Assembly (NCBI GenBank): GCA_963741945.1
Contig: CAVUKA010000001.1
Span: 992,001-1,056,000, forward strand
Direction: 5' to 3'
Source: an uncultured Gemmatimonadales bacterium
GTDB taxonomy: Bacteria > Gemmatimonadota > Gemmatimonadetes > Longimicrobiales > RSA9
Length of the DNA stretch: 64,000 nucleotides
The notes under the pieces are model-generated. The model saw only the letters and a program-made list of their open reading frames with translations. It was not told the DNA's origin and did not search any database. Position 1 is the first letter of the stretch; the number at the start of each line of letters is the position of its first letter. Of this stretch, positions 48,823 to 57,635 are shown piece by piece. The position numbers and the translations under genes are program-made.

Positions 48823-50508
48823 ATGGCCCTGGACACGTCGAAGTTCATTTTCGTGATGAAGGATCTCCGCAAGGTGGTCCCGCCCAAGCGGGAGGTCCTG
48901 AAGGGGATCTGGCTGTCGTTCTACCCTGGCGCGAAGATCGGGGTGGTGGGGCCGAACGGGTCCGGCAAGTCCACGGTGCTGCGGATCATGGCGGGTGTGG
49001 ACACGGACTTCCAGGGCGAGGCGTGGCCGATGAAGGGGATCAAGATCGGCTATCTCCCGCAGGAGCCGCAGCTGGACCCGCAGCTGACGGTGAAGGGGAA
49101 CGTGGAGGAGGCGGTGCGCGGGCAGCGGGACGTGCTGCGTCGCTTCGACGAGATCAACGCGAAGTTCTCGGAGCCGATGAGCGATGACGAGATGCAGGCG
49201 CTCATCGACGAGCAGGCGAAGGTGCAGGAGCAGATCGATCACCAGAACCTCTGGGATCTGGACCGGAAGATCGAGATCGCCATGGACGCGCTCCGGCTTC
49301 CCCCTGCGGATGCGGACGTGACCACACTCTCCGGTGGTGAGAAGCGGCGGGTCGCCCTGTGCCGGGTGCTGCTTCAGGAGGCGGACATGCTGCTGCTGGA
49401 CGAGCCGACGAACCACCTGGATGCGGAATCGGTGGCGTGGCTGGAGAACCACCTGGCGGAGTTCGAGGGGACGATCGTGGCGGTGACGCACGACCGCTAT
49501 TTCCTGGACAACGTGGCGAAGTGGATCCTGGAGCTGGACCGCGGCCAGGGCTTCCCGTACGAGGGCAACTACTCCAGCTGGCTGGAGCAGAAGAAGGAGC
49601 GGCTCCGTCTGCAGGAGAAGGAGGAGAGCAGGCGCCAGCAGACGCTCCAGCACGAGCTGGACTGGATCCGCATGGCACCCAAAGCGCGGCACGCCAAGGG
49701 GAAGGCGCGCGTGAACGACTACGAGGCGCTGCTCCAGCAGGACACCCGCGAGCGGATCCGCAGCGCCGAGATCATCATCCCCGCCGGCCCGCGGCTCGGC
49801 GCCGATGTCATCACCGCGAAGGCGCTGACCAAGGGCTACGACGAGAAGCTCCTCATCGACGGCGCCGACTTCAGCATCCCGCCCGGCGCCATCGTGGGAA
49901 TCGTGGGGCCCAACGGCGCGGGCAAGACCACGCTGTTCCGGATGATCGTGGGCGAGGAGGCGCCGGACGGCGGCGAGCTGGCCGTGGGCGGGACGGTGGA
50001 GCTGGCGTACGTGGACCAGAGCCGCGACGCACTGGACGCGGAGAAGACCGTCTACCAGGAGATCAGTGACGGCAGGGACGAGGTCACGCTCGGCAGAGCG
50101 GAAGTCAACGCCCGGGCCTACTGCTCCTGGTTCAACTTCAAGGGCGCGGAACAGCAGAAGCAGGTGGGCGTGCTCTCGGGGGGCGAGCGCAACCGCGTGC
50201 ACCTGGCCAAGCTGCTGAAGAGCGGCGGCAACGTCATCCTGCTGGACGAGCCCACGAACGACCTGGACGTGGACACGCTGCGGGCGCTCGAGGACGCGCT
50301 GCTCGACTTCGCCGGGTGCGTGCTGGTGATCTCCCACGACCGCTGGTTCCTCGACCGCATCTCCACGCACACACTCGCGTTCGAGGGGGACAGCCGCGTG
50401 TTCTTCTATGACGGCCCGTGGAGCGAGTACGAGGCGGATCGGAAGCGGCGGATGGGCGGGGAAGCCGAACAGCCTCACCGGATCCGGTACAGGAAGCTGG
50501 TGCGATAG
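48823..50508 (+). CDS. ettA: ABC-F translational throttle EttA
   Basis: [21 protein letters not shown], two ABC domains, [10 protein letters not shown] linker, VDQSRD, ends [14 protein letters not shown] -10-like hexamer upstream. Confidence 0.95.
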   Translation: MALDTSKFIFVMKDLRKVVPPKREVLKGIWLSFYPGAKIGVVGPNGSGKSTVLRIMAGVDTDFQGEAWPMKGIKIGYLPQEPQLDPQLTVKGNVEEAVRGQRDVLRRFDEINAKFSEPMSDDEMQALIDEQAKVQEQIDHQNLWDLDRKIEIAMDALRLPPADADVTTLSGGEKRRVALCRVLLQEADMLLLDEPTNHLDAESVAWLENHLAEFEGTIVAVTHDRYFLDNVAKWILELDRGQGFPYEGNYSSWLEQKKERLRLQEKEESRRQQTLQHELDWIRMAPKARHAKGKARVNDYEALLQQDTRERIRSAEIIIPAGPRLGADVITAKALTKGYDEKLLIDGADFSIPPGAIVGIVGPNGAGKTTLFRMIVGEEAPDGGELAVGGTVELAYVDQSRDALDAEKTVYQEISDGRDEVTLGRAEVNARAYCSWFNFKGAEQQKQVGVLSGGERNRVHLAKLLKSGGNVILLDEPTNDLDVDTLRALEDALLDFAGCVLVISHDRWFLDRISTHTLAFEGDSRVFFYDGPWSEYEADRKRRMGGEAEQPHRIRYRKLVR

Positions 50509-50519
50509 CGCCTGCGCGC

Positions 50520-50635
50520 GCGCTGCGGTCCCGTGCCGCCCGCGTCACCCCGCGGCGGCTTCGGGCGCAACGGCCGGGGCGCTACGGTCCCGTGCCGCCC
50601 GCGTCACCCCGCGGCGGCTTCGGGCGCAACGGCCG
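50520..50635. repeat. Direct duplication of 57 bp (period 59) containing the MFS gene stop
   Basis: 50520-50576 and 50579-50635 are identical except for one G/A. Confidence 0.9.
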
Positions 50636-52025
50636 CCGACGCCGCCGCCTGCGCCTCCATGTGTGTCCGCTCGTCCGCGCGGCTCCGGAGCCCGAACGCG
50701 GCCAGCGTCAGCACGGCCATCGCCACGGCCACCAGCAGGAACGCGGCGCCGTAGCTGGCGGTGTTGCCGCCGTGCGATGCGATGATGGCCCCGAGGACTG
50801 CGCTCCCCACCAGCTGACCCACCGAGATGAAGACCGTCAGGATCCCCTGCGCCGCCCCGCGTTCGGAGGCGGGCGCCTCATTGAGCATGAGATAGCGAAG
50901 AGACGACCCGAGCAGGCCGGCCATGCCAAGGCCGATGAGCGTGCCGGCGAAATAGAAGAGGAAGAGCGTGGCGGTGAACGCGCCCACGAGCGCCATGCCC
51001 ACGCCTATCAGCGCCGTGGACACGGTCACGACGGCCCGTGATCCGGCGCGATCGAGCATCCGGCCGAACACGGGCGCGCCGAGGCCGAGGGCAATGACAA
51101 TGGGCAGGAGCATGAACGACGCTTTCGAGACCGTCACGCCGAACGCCGCCACCAGCAGCGCCGGCACGAACACGACGGACGCCTCGCTGAGCCCCGCGCC
51201 GAGGGAGAGCCCGCTGGCGATGACGATCTGGCGGGAGCGGAAGAGGCCGGGCCGGAGCACCGGGTCGTGGGCGCGGCGCTCGACCGCCGGGAAGACCAGG
51301 GCGAGGAGAAGCGCCAGGAGCAGGAGCCCCCAGACGTCCGGGCGGTTCAGGCTCTGGAGCAGGTGCGCGGCGTCCAGGCGGTTGAGCGCGTAGGCAAACG
51401 CACCGAGCATCACGCCCAGCACGGCCATGCCGGCCCAGTCGAACGGGCGGGGCTCGGCCGCGCCGGCGGACGGGAGCACGCGCGCGGCACCGATCACCAC
51501 CACCACGGCGATCGGCAGGTTGACGAGGAACAGCCAGTGCCAGCTCAGCAGGAGGAGCACGCCACCGAGGATCGGGCCGAGGAGGAAGGCCAGCCCGAAG
51601 ACGGCACCGATGAGGCCCAGCGCGGAGCCGCGCTTCTCGGGGGGGAAGACATCCCCGATGACGGCACTGGCCACGGGGAAGACACCGCCAGCCCCGAGTC
51701 CCTGAACCGCGCGTCCTGTCAGCACCCAGCCGAACGTGGGCGCCAGCGCCACGAGCAGCGACCCCGCTCCGAAAATGGTCACGTCCGCCATGTAGATCGA
51801 CCTCCGGCCGTACCGGTCGGAGAGCTTGGCCATCAGCGGAGTGCCGATCAGGTTGAACAGCACGTAGATGCTCAGGATCCAGGCCGCCGCCCGCTCATCG
51901 ATCCCGAACGCCGACCGGACGGCCGGCAGCGCTGGTCCGATGATGGCGATGTCCAGGGCGCCCATGAGCACGCCCGTGAACAGCACGGCCAGGATCCTGT
52001 TCCGTTGCGACTTGGTCACTTCCAC
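50604..52025 (-). CDS. MFS transporter, 14-TM DHA2-like
   Basis: ALD..I.GPALP, LSDRYGRR, GRAVQGLG, GPILGG, W.WLFLVNLP. Confidence 0.9.
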   Translation of the reverse strand: MEVTKSQRNRILAVLFTGVLMGALDIAIIGPALPAVRSAFGIDERAAAWILSIYVLFNLIGTPLMAKLSDRYGRRSIYMADVTIFGAGSLLVALAPTFGWVLTGRAVQGLGAGGVFPVASAVIGDVFPPEKRGSALGLIGAVFGLAFLLGPILGGVLLLLSWHWLFLVNLPIAVVVVIGAARVLPSAGAAEPRPFDWAGMAVLGVMLGAFAYALNRLDAAHLLQSLNRPDVWGLLLLALLLALVFPAVERRAHDPVLRPGLFRSRQIVIASGLSLGAGLSEASVVFVPALLVAAFGVTVSKASFMLLPIVIALGLGAPVFGRMLDRAGSRAVVTVSTALIGVGMALVGAFTATLFLFYFAGTLIGLGMAGLLGSSLRYLMLNEAPASERGAAQGILTVFISVGQLVGSAVLGAIIASHGGNTASYGAAFLLVAVAMAVLTLAAFGLRSRADERTHMEAQAAASAAVAPEAAAG

Positions 52026-52148
52026 TGGCTACTTCCTCCCCGCTTCCGCCTCGCCTGAAGACGGCGAAAGCTCATGGCGAGCTGCTGCTGAAGCAAGGGC
52101 CGAGGCCGCGCCCCCCCCGCGCGAGACCCCGGCCCCTCCGCCCTTCCG

Positions 52149-53612
52149 CTACCGCGGGAGCGGGTCGGGCATGTCGGCGATGACGTAGCTCATGACGGCC
52201 AGGGCCGCAACGCACTCCGCCAGGTCGGCCGGATCCAGCTTGTCGAGCGTGTCGGCGGCGCTGTGGTGATACCAGAAGTACTTCTCGCCCTCGACGTTCA
52301 GCCCCATCCCGGGCACGCCGAGTCGCATCATGGGCCCGATGTCTGCGCCGCCGCCACCGCGCCGGATCTCGCCCGCCTCGATGCGGTCCAGGAGGCTGCC
52401 CACGGTCCGGACCACCTGGAAGGCGGAATCCGAGCCGGTGAAACCGAACCCTTCGGGGTCGAATACACCCTCGTCGGACTCGATCATGAGGACGTGGTCG
52501 CCAGCCTGGTCGGCGTGGTCGCCGGCGTAGGCGCGGCCACCGCGGGTCCCGTTCTCCTCGTTCGTCCAGGCGACGACGCGCACGGTCCGGCGGGGGCGCA
52601 TGCCCAGCTCCTTCATCAGCTTCACGGCCTGCCAGGCCGCGACCACGCCGCCCGCATCGTCCATGGCGCCCTGGCCCACGTCCCAGGAGTCCAGGTGCCC
52701 GCTCACCACCACCACCTCGTCGGGCTTCTCGCTGCCCCGGATCTCGGCGATCACGTTTCGGGACGGGGCGTCGGGCAGGGTTTCCGCGTTCATCTCCAGG
52801 CGAAGCACGGGCGTGACGCCGCGCTCCTGCATCCGGTGCAGCATCTCGGCGTCCTCCACGGCGATGGCGGCGTGCGGGATCTTCGGCACACCGTCCTCGT
52901 AGTGCATTGCGCCCGTGTGCGGGCTGTCCATGGAGAACGACGCCACCGACCGGATCAGGCTCGCAACCGCTCCCGCCTTCGCCGCCTCCACCGCGCCATC
53001 GCTCCGGTAGCGGACGGTCTGGCCGTAGGTGACGAACGGGGCGTCGAAGAGGACGATCTTCCCGCGCGCGTCCGCCGCCCTCTCGTGCAGCTCGTCGAAG
53101 CTGGAGACCACGAGCACGGGCGCCGTGATCCCGCCCGCCGGCGTGGCGACGCTGCCGCCGAGGCCGAGCATGGGCAGCGCCCGATCCCGCGGCTCCACCA
53201 TGCGCAGCGACTCCTCGCCCCGCACCCAGTGCGGCACCATGGCTTCCTCGCCGTGCACGTTCTCGAGTCCGTCCTCCTTCATGCGCGCCATGACCCAGTC
53301 GATGGCGTCCTCGAGCGCCTGCGACCCGCTCAGGCGGGGCCCGAACGTGTCCACCAGCTCGCCCAGCCGCTCGTACGCTGCGCTGTCCCGGAGCGCGGCG
53401 TCGATGAACCGGTCCGCCGACGCGCGGTACGCGGCCACCAGGCCGCCGGTGTCGGGACTCGGTGCGCCGGCCGCAGTGCCGGCCGGTCGGGCAGCCGCGG
53501 CGTGACCGGGCGTCGCGGCACCGGCCTGCGCCGCCAGCGGTGCGGCGGCGGCCGATGTCGCCAGCACGAGGAATGTGGGCAGCGTCGCCCGCAGGATTCG
53601 GTTCTGCTTCAT
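52149..53612 (-). CDS. Secreted M28 metallo-carboxypeptidase (carboxypeptidase Q/PGCP-like, PA domain)
   Basis: FGPRLSGS, SPHTG, GHLDSWDVGQGAMDD, NEENG, ESDEG, YHHS.ADT; start overlaps the permease stop. Confidence 0.9.
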   Translation of the reverse strand: MKQNRILRATLPTFLVLATSAAAAPLAAQAGAATPGHAAAARPAGTAAGAPSPDTGGLVAAYRASADRFIDAALRDSAAYERLGELVDTFGPRLSGSQALEDAIDWVMARMKEDGLENVHGEEAMVPHWVRGEESLRMVEPRDRALPMLGLGGSVATPAGGITAPVLVVSSFDELHERAADARGKIVLFDAPFVTYGQTVRYRSDGAVEAAKAGAVASLIRSVASFSMDSPHTGAMHYEDGVPKIPHAAIAVEDAEMLHRMQERGVTPVLRLEMNAETLPDAPSRNVIAEIRGSEKPDEVVVVSGHLDSWDVGQGAMDDAGGVVAAWQAVKLMKELGMRPRRTVRVVAWTNEENGTRGGRAYAGDHADQAGDHVLMIESDEGVFDPEGFGFTGSDSAFQVVRTVGSLLDRIEAGEIRRGGGGADIGPMMRLGVPGMGLNVEGEKYFWYHHSAADTLDKLDPADLAECVAALAVMSYVIADMPDPLPR

Positions 53613-54490
53613 CAGATCTGGCTCACAGGGTTCTTGGAATGAATCACCGGCCCCGGCTCCTCGCGGAGGTGGCTCAGGGTGGCGGGCTTGCGGACACCGA
53701 GCAGCGGCCTGGCCACGAAAGCCACGACCAGCGCGACACCGAACGAAACCACGAGCAGCGGCCCGGTGGTGACGTCCCAGTACACCGAACCGAGGAGGCC
53801 GGCCACGAGGGCCACTGCCCCGCTCGCCCACGCGATCAGGAGTGCGCGGTTGAACCGTCCGGTGAACGTGAACGCGATCACCGACGGGATCACGAGCGTG
53901 CTGAAGATGAGCAGAACACCGGCGAGTGTCACGGAGAAGGTGATGGCGATGCCGAAGGTGAGATAGAAAATGAAGTCCCACAAGCGGATACGGGATACGC
54001 GCTCGGGATGAAACGTAACCGCGCGCATCTTCTCGCGCGTGATGAAGTGAAACAGCCCTATGGCGGCATACGCCGCGGCGACGACGCCGAAGGTGCCCCA
54101 CGTGGCCCAGATCAGCGAGCCCGTCAGCGTCTCCTTCACGTGCTCCGCCCCCTCGGCCGTGAAGCTGGTGAGCAGGATCACGGTCGCGGACGCCACCACA
54201 TAGACGATCCCGATGATGGCTTCCTGCGGGACGAGCGTTTCCTCATGGCTGCGGGTGAAGCTGAAGATCGCGGCGCCCACCAGCGTGAACGCGAACGTCA
54301 GCGCCCAGGAGAGCGGGGTCCCGATGTGGGCGCCGAAGAGGAGCGCGATCGTGCTGCCGACGGCGGCGACCTGGGCGAACGCGAGGTCCACGAATATGAC
54401 CCCGCGCCGGATGATGTGGAGGCCGAAATAGGCGTTCATGGCCACGACCACCAGTCCGACGGCCAGGGGGGCGAGAATGAGGGAGAACAT
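53612..54490 (-). CDS. Metal ABC transporter permease (ZnuB/ABC-3 family)
   Basis: G.HII.RGVIFVDLA.AQ.A, EAIIG..Y, GVLLIFS.LVIP. Confidence 0.88.
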   Translation of the reverse strand: MFSLILAPLAVGLVVVAMNAYFGLHIIRRGVIFVDLAFAQVAAVGSTIALLFGAHIGTPLSWALTFAFTLVGAAIFSFTRSHEETLVPQEAIIGIVYVVASATVILLTSFTAEGAEHVKETLTGSLIWATWGTFGVVAAAYAAIGLFHFITREKMRAVTFHPERVSRIRLWDFIFYLTFGIAITFSVTLAGVLLIFSTLVIPSVIAFTFTGRFNRALLIAWASGAVALVAGLLGSVYWDVTTGPLLVVSFGVALVVAFVARPLLGVRKPATLSHLREEPGPVIHSKNPVSQI

Positions 54491-54493
54491 GGC

Positions 54494-55663
54494 TCAGCTC
54501 CCCGCGAACGCGGCGGCGAGGGAGCCGACCCAGCGGTCCACCACGTCGAAATAGGTGGGTGTGCCGGGGCCGCCCGGCTGGAGCGGGACGATGACGGCAG
54601 TCCCGCCCGCGCGGGCGGCCACGGCCTTCACCTTCGCGGGATCGAAGTAGTTGGCTGCGAGCAGGACATTGATGCCCTGGTGCTTCATCAGGTCGATGAG
54701 GTCGCCCACGTGTCCCGGCGTGGGCGGGATTCCGGGCTTGGCTTCGACGTAGTCGACGCAGGTGACGCCGAAGCGGTTCTCGAAGTACGCCCAGTTCTTG
54801 TGGTAGCAGACGATCTTCCTGCCGCGAAACGGCTGGGCGGCCCCGAGCCAGCCCCCCAGCCGCGCCGTGAGTGGCTGGCCCTGATAGTCCTGGGCCGCGA
54901 GGAAATCCAGCAGCTTCCCCTGGTGGCTGAGCCGCTCCAGCGTGGCGCCCCCCAGCATGTCGACCAGCGCGTCGCCGTAGAGCCGGCGGTAGAGCCGATC
55001 GGTGTATGCAGCCAGCTTGGCGTCGAACATCGCCGCGTCGCCCGCATCCACGTTCTTGAGCCCGGCCGTGATGTTCCGCGCGATCTGCAGCACGTTCAGC
55101 GGATCGGTAAACAGGTGCGGGTTGCCATAAATGTGGATGTCGCCCTGGGAGCGGTCATGCGAGGTGGGGACGTCGAGCAGCTCGATGCCGGGGTAGGCAG
55201 TGATGTACCCCTGTCCTCCCTCCTTCACTTTCGCGTTCCCCGCCTTGTCCAGGAGGGCGGGTACCCAGAGCTCCAGGTCGAGGCCCGTGGTCACGAAGGC
55301 GTCCGCCTGCCGGATCCTCAGCGCGTAGCTGGGCTTCGGCCGGACGAAATGGGCGTCCTCCGCCGGATCGGCAATGGCCGTGACCTCCACGGCGTCGCCG
55401 GCGATGGTGCGAACCAGCTCGGCGTAGACGGGCAGGGTGGCGACCACGCGGAGGGGCCCAGGGAAGGGCCAGGCTCCAAAATCCGCATTCGGCCGATCGA
55501 GGCATGCTGGCGTCGCGCATGGAAGCGGAAATGGCGTCTCCGCCGGCGCCGGGGCATGGTCGGCCGGGCCGAATGTGGATTTTGGAGCCTGGCCCTGTGG
55601 TTGTGGTTGGGGCGGGGTGGCCAGGGTGACGGCCAGCGCCGCCACCAGATTCAGCATCGTCAT
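54494..55663 (-). CDS. Metal ABC transporter substrate-binding protein (ZnuA/TroA family)
   Basis: LRVVAT, EDAHFV.PKPS, GLDLELW, GDIH..GNPH...DP, YH..W.YF, KPGIPPTP.H. Confidence 0.9.
   Translation of the reverse strand: MTMLNLVAALAVTLATPPQPQPQGQAPKSTFGPADHAPAPAETPFPLPCATPACLDRPNADFGAWPFPGPLRVVATLPVYAELVRTIAGDAVEVTAIADPAEDAHFVRPKPSYALRIRQADAFVTTGLDLELWVPALLDKAGNAKVKEGGQGYITAYPGIELLDVPTSHDRSQGDIHIYGNPHLFTDPLNVLQIARNITAGLKNVDAGDAAMFDAKLAAYTDRLYRRLYGDALVDMLGGATLERLSHQGKLLDFLAAQDYQGQPLTARLGGWLGAAQPFRGRKIVCYHKNWAYFENRFGVTCVDYVEAKPGIPPTPGHVGDLIDLMKHQGINVLLAANYFDPAKVKAVAARAGGTAVIVPLQPGGPGTPTYFDVVDRWVGSLAAAFAGS
55465..55596. mobile_element. 132-bp MITE-like palindromic element inserted in-frame in the SBP gene
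   Basis: 30-bp inverted ends AGGGCCAGGCTCCAAAATCC(G/A)CATTCGGCC with one mismatch, 72-bp interior, length a multiple of 3; no target-site duplication seen. Confidence 0.6.
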
Positions 55664-55682
55664 GTGTGGCTCTCCGTGGTTC

Positions 55683-57065
55683 TCAGTAGGTCTGGTGCTT
55701 GTGGGGTCCCATGGCGAACGTGGTCTGGAGCGTGAGCTGCCTCAGCGTGCCATCCGGCCTGTGCAGGAAGTCCATCTCGGCGCGCAGGCGGACGAACTCG
55801 CTCTGCCAGAACGTGAGCGTCGGGGCGGCGAGCCATGACGACCGTGGCGGATCGAGCGGGTCCTCGGTCCAGCCCCAGCGTCCACCCACCAGCCACCGCG
55901 GTCCCAGGCGCATCTCGGCGTTGGCGAACGCGCCCCAGGCGTTGCCGGGGTCGGGCCCATCCGTCGCTCCGGTGGCCAGCGAGCCGAGCACCGCCCCACC
56001 GCGCAGCGTGATCTCGCGGTAGTGGCCGCGTTCGGGCGGTCGCCAGCTGAGCGTGAAGTCCACACCGCCGACGCGGGTGGCGAAGTCGTCCTCTCCGGTC
56101 CAATCGGGCCCGGCCAGGCCGGTCAGTCCGAGCTCAAAGTAGGTGGAGCGGCTCAGGTCCCAGAACGCGTTCAGGTGCCCGAGGGCGGCGGGGCGGTTGG
56201 CGCCGCCGAAGGCCACCTCGTTCCCGCTGTTCGTCAATTCGGTCCACACCTCCCAGGTGCCCGCTCCGGTCGCGGGCACGAGCCAGTGCACCGACAGCCC
56301 CGTCTCCGCCAGTCCTTCTTCACCGAAGAAGGCGACGTAGGGGAGCGGGAAGCTCTGGCCGGGGAGTGCGTGCGGGTGCCAGCGATTGAGCTGGCCGAAG
56401 CGCTGCCGGAAGCGGCCGAACGTGACGTTCAGCCCACCGGGTAGCCCCGTCCAGAGGATGTATGCCTCTTCCGCGGAGACTTCGGGCCCTTCCTCCGGCG
56501 CGCTCGGATCCTCGAACGGCGCCAGGCCGCCGGCCGGGCGGCCGAAGCTCAGATTGACCTTGGCCAGCGCATACGGATCGAGATTGGACTGGAAGCCCAC
56601 CTCGATCTCACGGGCCACGAACGACTGGTGGCCGGGGTCATCCAAGTCCATGAAGCCGAACAGGTCGCCGGTGACCGTCAGCTCCGGGTTGAGCGCCTGC
56701 AGGTTGCGCTGACGGCCGACGAACGCCGGCTGCGCGGGCTCCTGGGCGGGCGATGCGCCGGTGGTGTCTTCCGCTCCCCCCGCCGCGGCAGCGGCCGCGG
56801 CCCGGAGCGCGGCGAGAGTGTCCCCGGGAGTCTCGCCGGCCTGACCTGGCGCGGCCTGTGAGCCGGCGGCCTGAAGCGCCTTCACCATGCGGGTGAGGCT
56901 GTCCAGGGTGGCGCGGACGCGCGCCACCTCGCGGCGCAGGGAGTCGACTGGCGGCCGGGGCGACGGCTGCTGTGCCGCGAGCGAAGCGGGCGCCGCAAGC
57001 GCCAGGATCGCGGCCGACACGAGCGCGTGGACGGCGCCCGGGCGCCGCCTCGATGTCCATTTCAA
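55683..57065 (-). CDS. Outer-membrane beta-barrel protein associated with metal uptake
   Basis: TTG start after GGAGGA; signal peptide, coiled coil, LNP.L...GD, EEAY, GRFR..FG.LNRWHPH, SEF.RLR, C-terminal GPHKHQTY. Confidence 0.75.
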   Translation of the reverse strand: MKWTSRRRPGAVHALVSAAILALAAPASLAAQQPSPRPPVDSLRREVARVRATLDSLTRMVKALQAAGSQAAPGQAGETPGDTLAALRAAAAAAAGGAEDTTGASPAQEPAQPAFVGRQRNLQALNPELTVTGDLFGFMDLDDPGHQSFVAREIEVGFQSNLDPYALAKVNLSFGRPAGGLAPFEDPSAPEEGPEVSAEEAYILWTGLPGGLNVTFGRFRQRFGQLNRWHPHALPGQSFPLPYVAFFGEEGLAETGLSVHWLVPATGAGTWEVWTELTNSGNEVAFGGANRPAALGHLNAFWDLSRSTYFELGLTGLAGPDWTGEDDFATRVGGVDFTLSWRPPERGHYREITLRGGAVLGSLATGATDGPDPGNAWGAFANAEMRLGPRWLVGGRWGWTEDPLDPPRSSWLAAPTLTFWQSEFVRLRAEMDFLHRPDGTLRQLTLQTTFAMGPHKHQTY

Positions 57066-57134
57066 GGGTTCCTCCGCCGATGTGGGTGATCATCCCCGCG
57101 CCACTGCTGTGGCACGGGCGCCGAAGACGGGGCT

Positions 57135-57464
57135 TCAGCCGGTGGGTGGGGCCCTGGAGCGATACGGTGGGTGGAGGAGCAGCTCGGCCGGCGAGCCCGC
57201 GTCCGCGACGGTCGCGGCCTCGTGGATCCGTTGCGCGAGCGGCGGCGGCGAGGATGTGGGCGGGGCCCAGGGTGTAGCGCCGAAGGAGAGGCAGAGGTGG
57301 TGATCGTGAGCCAGCCAGCCGGGCTGGGTCGGCTTCGCATCAATGGCGAGCCTGTGGAGTTCGGTCCCCACGTCCAGCAGCGGCACGGCCAGCATCGACG
57401 TGCCGAGAAGCACCGCCACGATGAGGCTGATGAGCCGGCGTGGACTTCTGGACCGGAGGGGCAT
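57135..57464 (-). CDS. Putative metal-responsive leader / ribosome-arrest peptide (DUF2946/CruR-like architecture)
   Basis: N-terminal hydrophobic helix, HDHHLC, Pro-rich linker, C-terminal RSRAPPTG-stop; first ORF of the metal-uptake operon. Confidence 0.72.
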   Translation of the reverse strand: MPLRSRSPRRLISLIVAVLLGTSMLAVPLLDVGTELHRLAIDAKPTQPGWLAHDHHLCLSFGATPWAPPTSSPPPLAQRIHEAATVADAGSPAELLLHPPYRSRAPPTG

Positions 57465-57471
57465 GGTACGG

Positions 57472-57501
57472 AGGTTCGTGGACGGACACCGGGTCTGTCA
57501 A
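57472..57501 (-). promoter_or_regulatory. Sigma70 promoter giving a probable leaderless mRNA
   Basis: TTGACA (57501-57496), 18-bp spacer, GAACCT (57477-57472), then 7 nt to the ATG; no SD sequence. Confidence 0.6.
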
Positions 57502-57635
57502 GGAAACGTCCGGGCCGGCCCACACCGGAAGCGGAGCGCGGCGCCCCGGGCGGCGGGGCGGGACTTGCGAGCGGAGCGTCGAGCGGCCAGCATCCGCCGG
57601 GTCGGAACCACGGACCCGGAGTGCAAAGGAACCGC

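Noticed and set aside
48190-50478. Long antisense ORFs (for example 48190-50478, 16962-19169, 53462-55735, 60857-63061, 20843-22672)
   Set aside because: These are shadow ORFs opposite well-supported genes, expected from high-GC codon bias, and carry no recognisable motifs
48823-50508. EttA as the missing ATPase of the metal transporter
   Set aside because: It is an ABC-F ribosome-binding factor on the opposite strand, not a transporter subunit
57465-57635. tnaC-type leader peptide or sigma54 site before tnaA
   Set aside because: No short Trp-containing ORF of the TnaC type was seen; the GG-N10-GC match (CGGGGC-GGGAC-TTGC) lacks the conserved GGC and is weak
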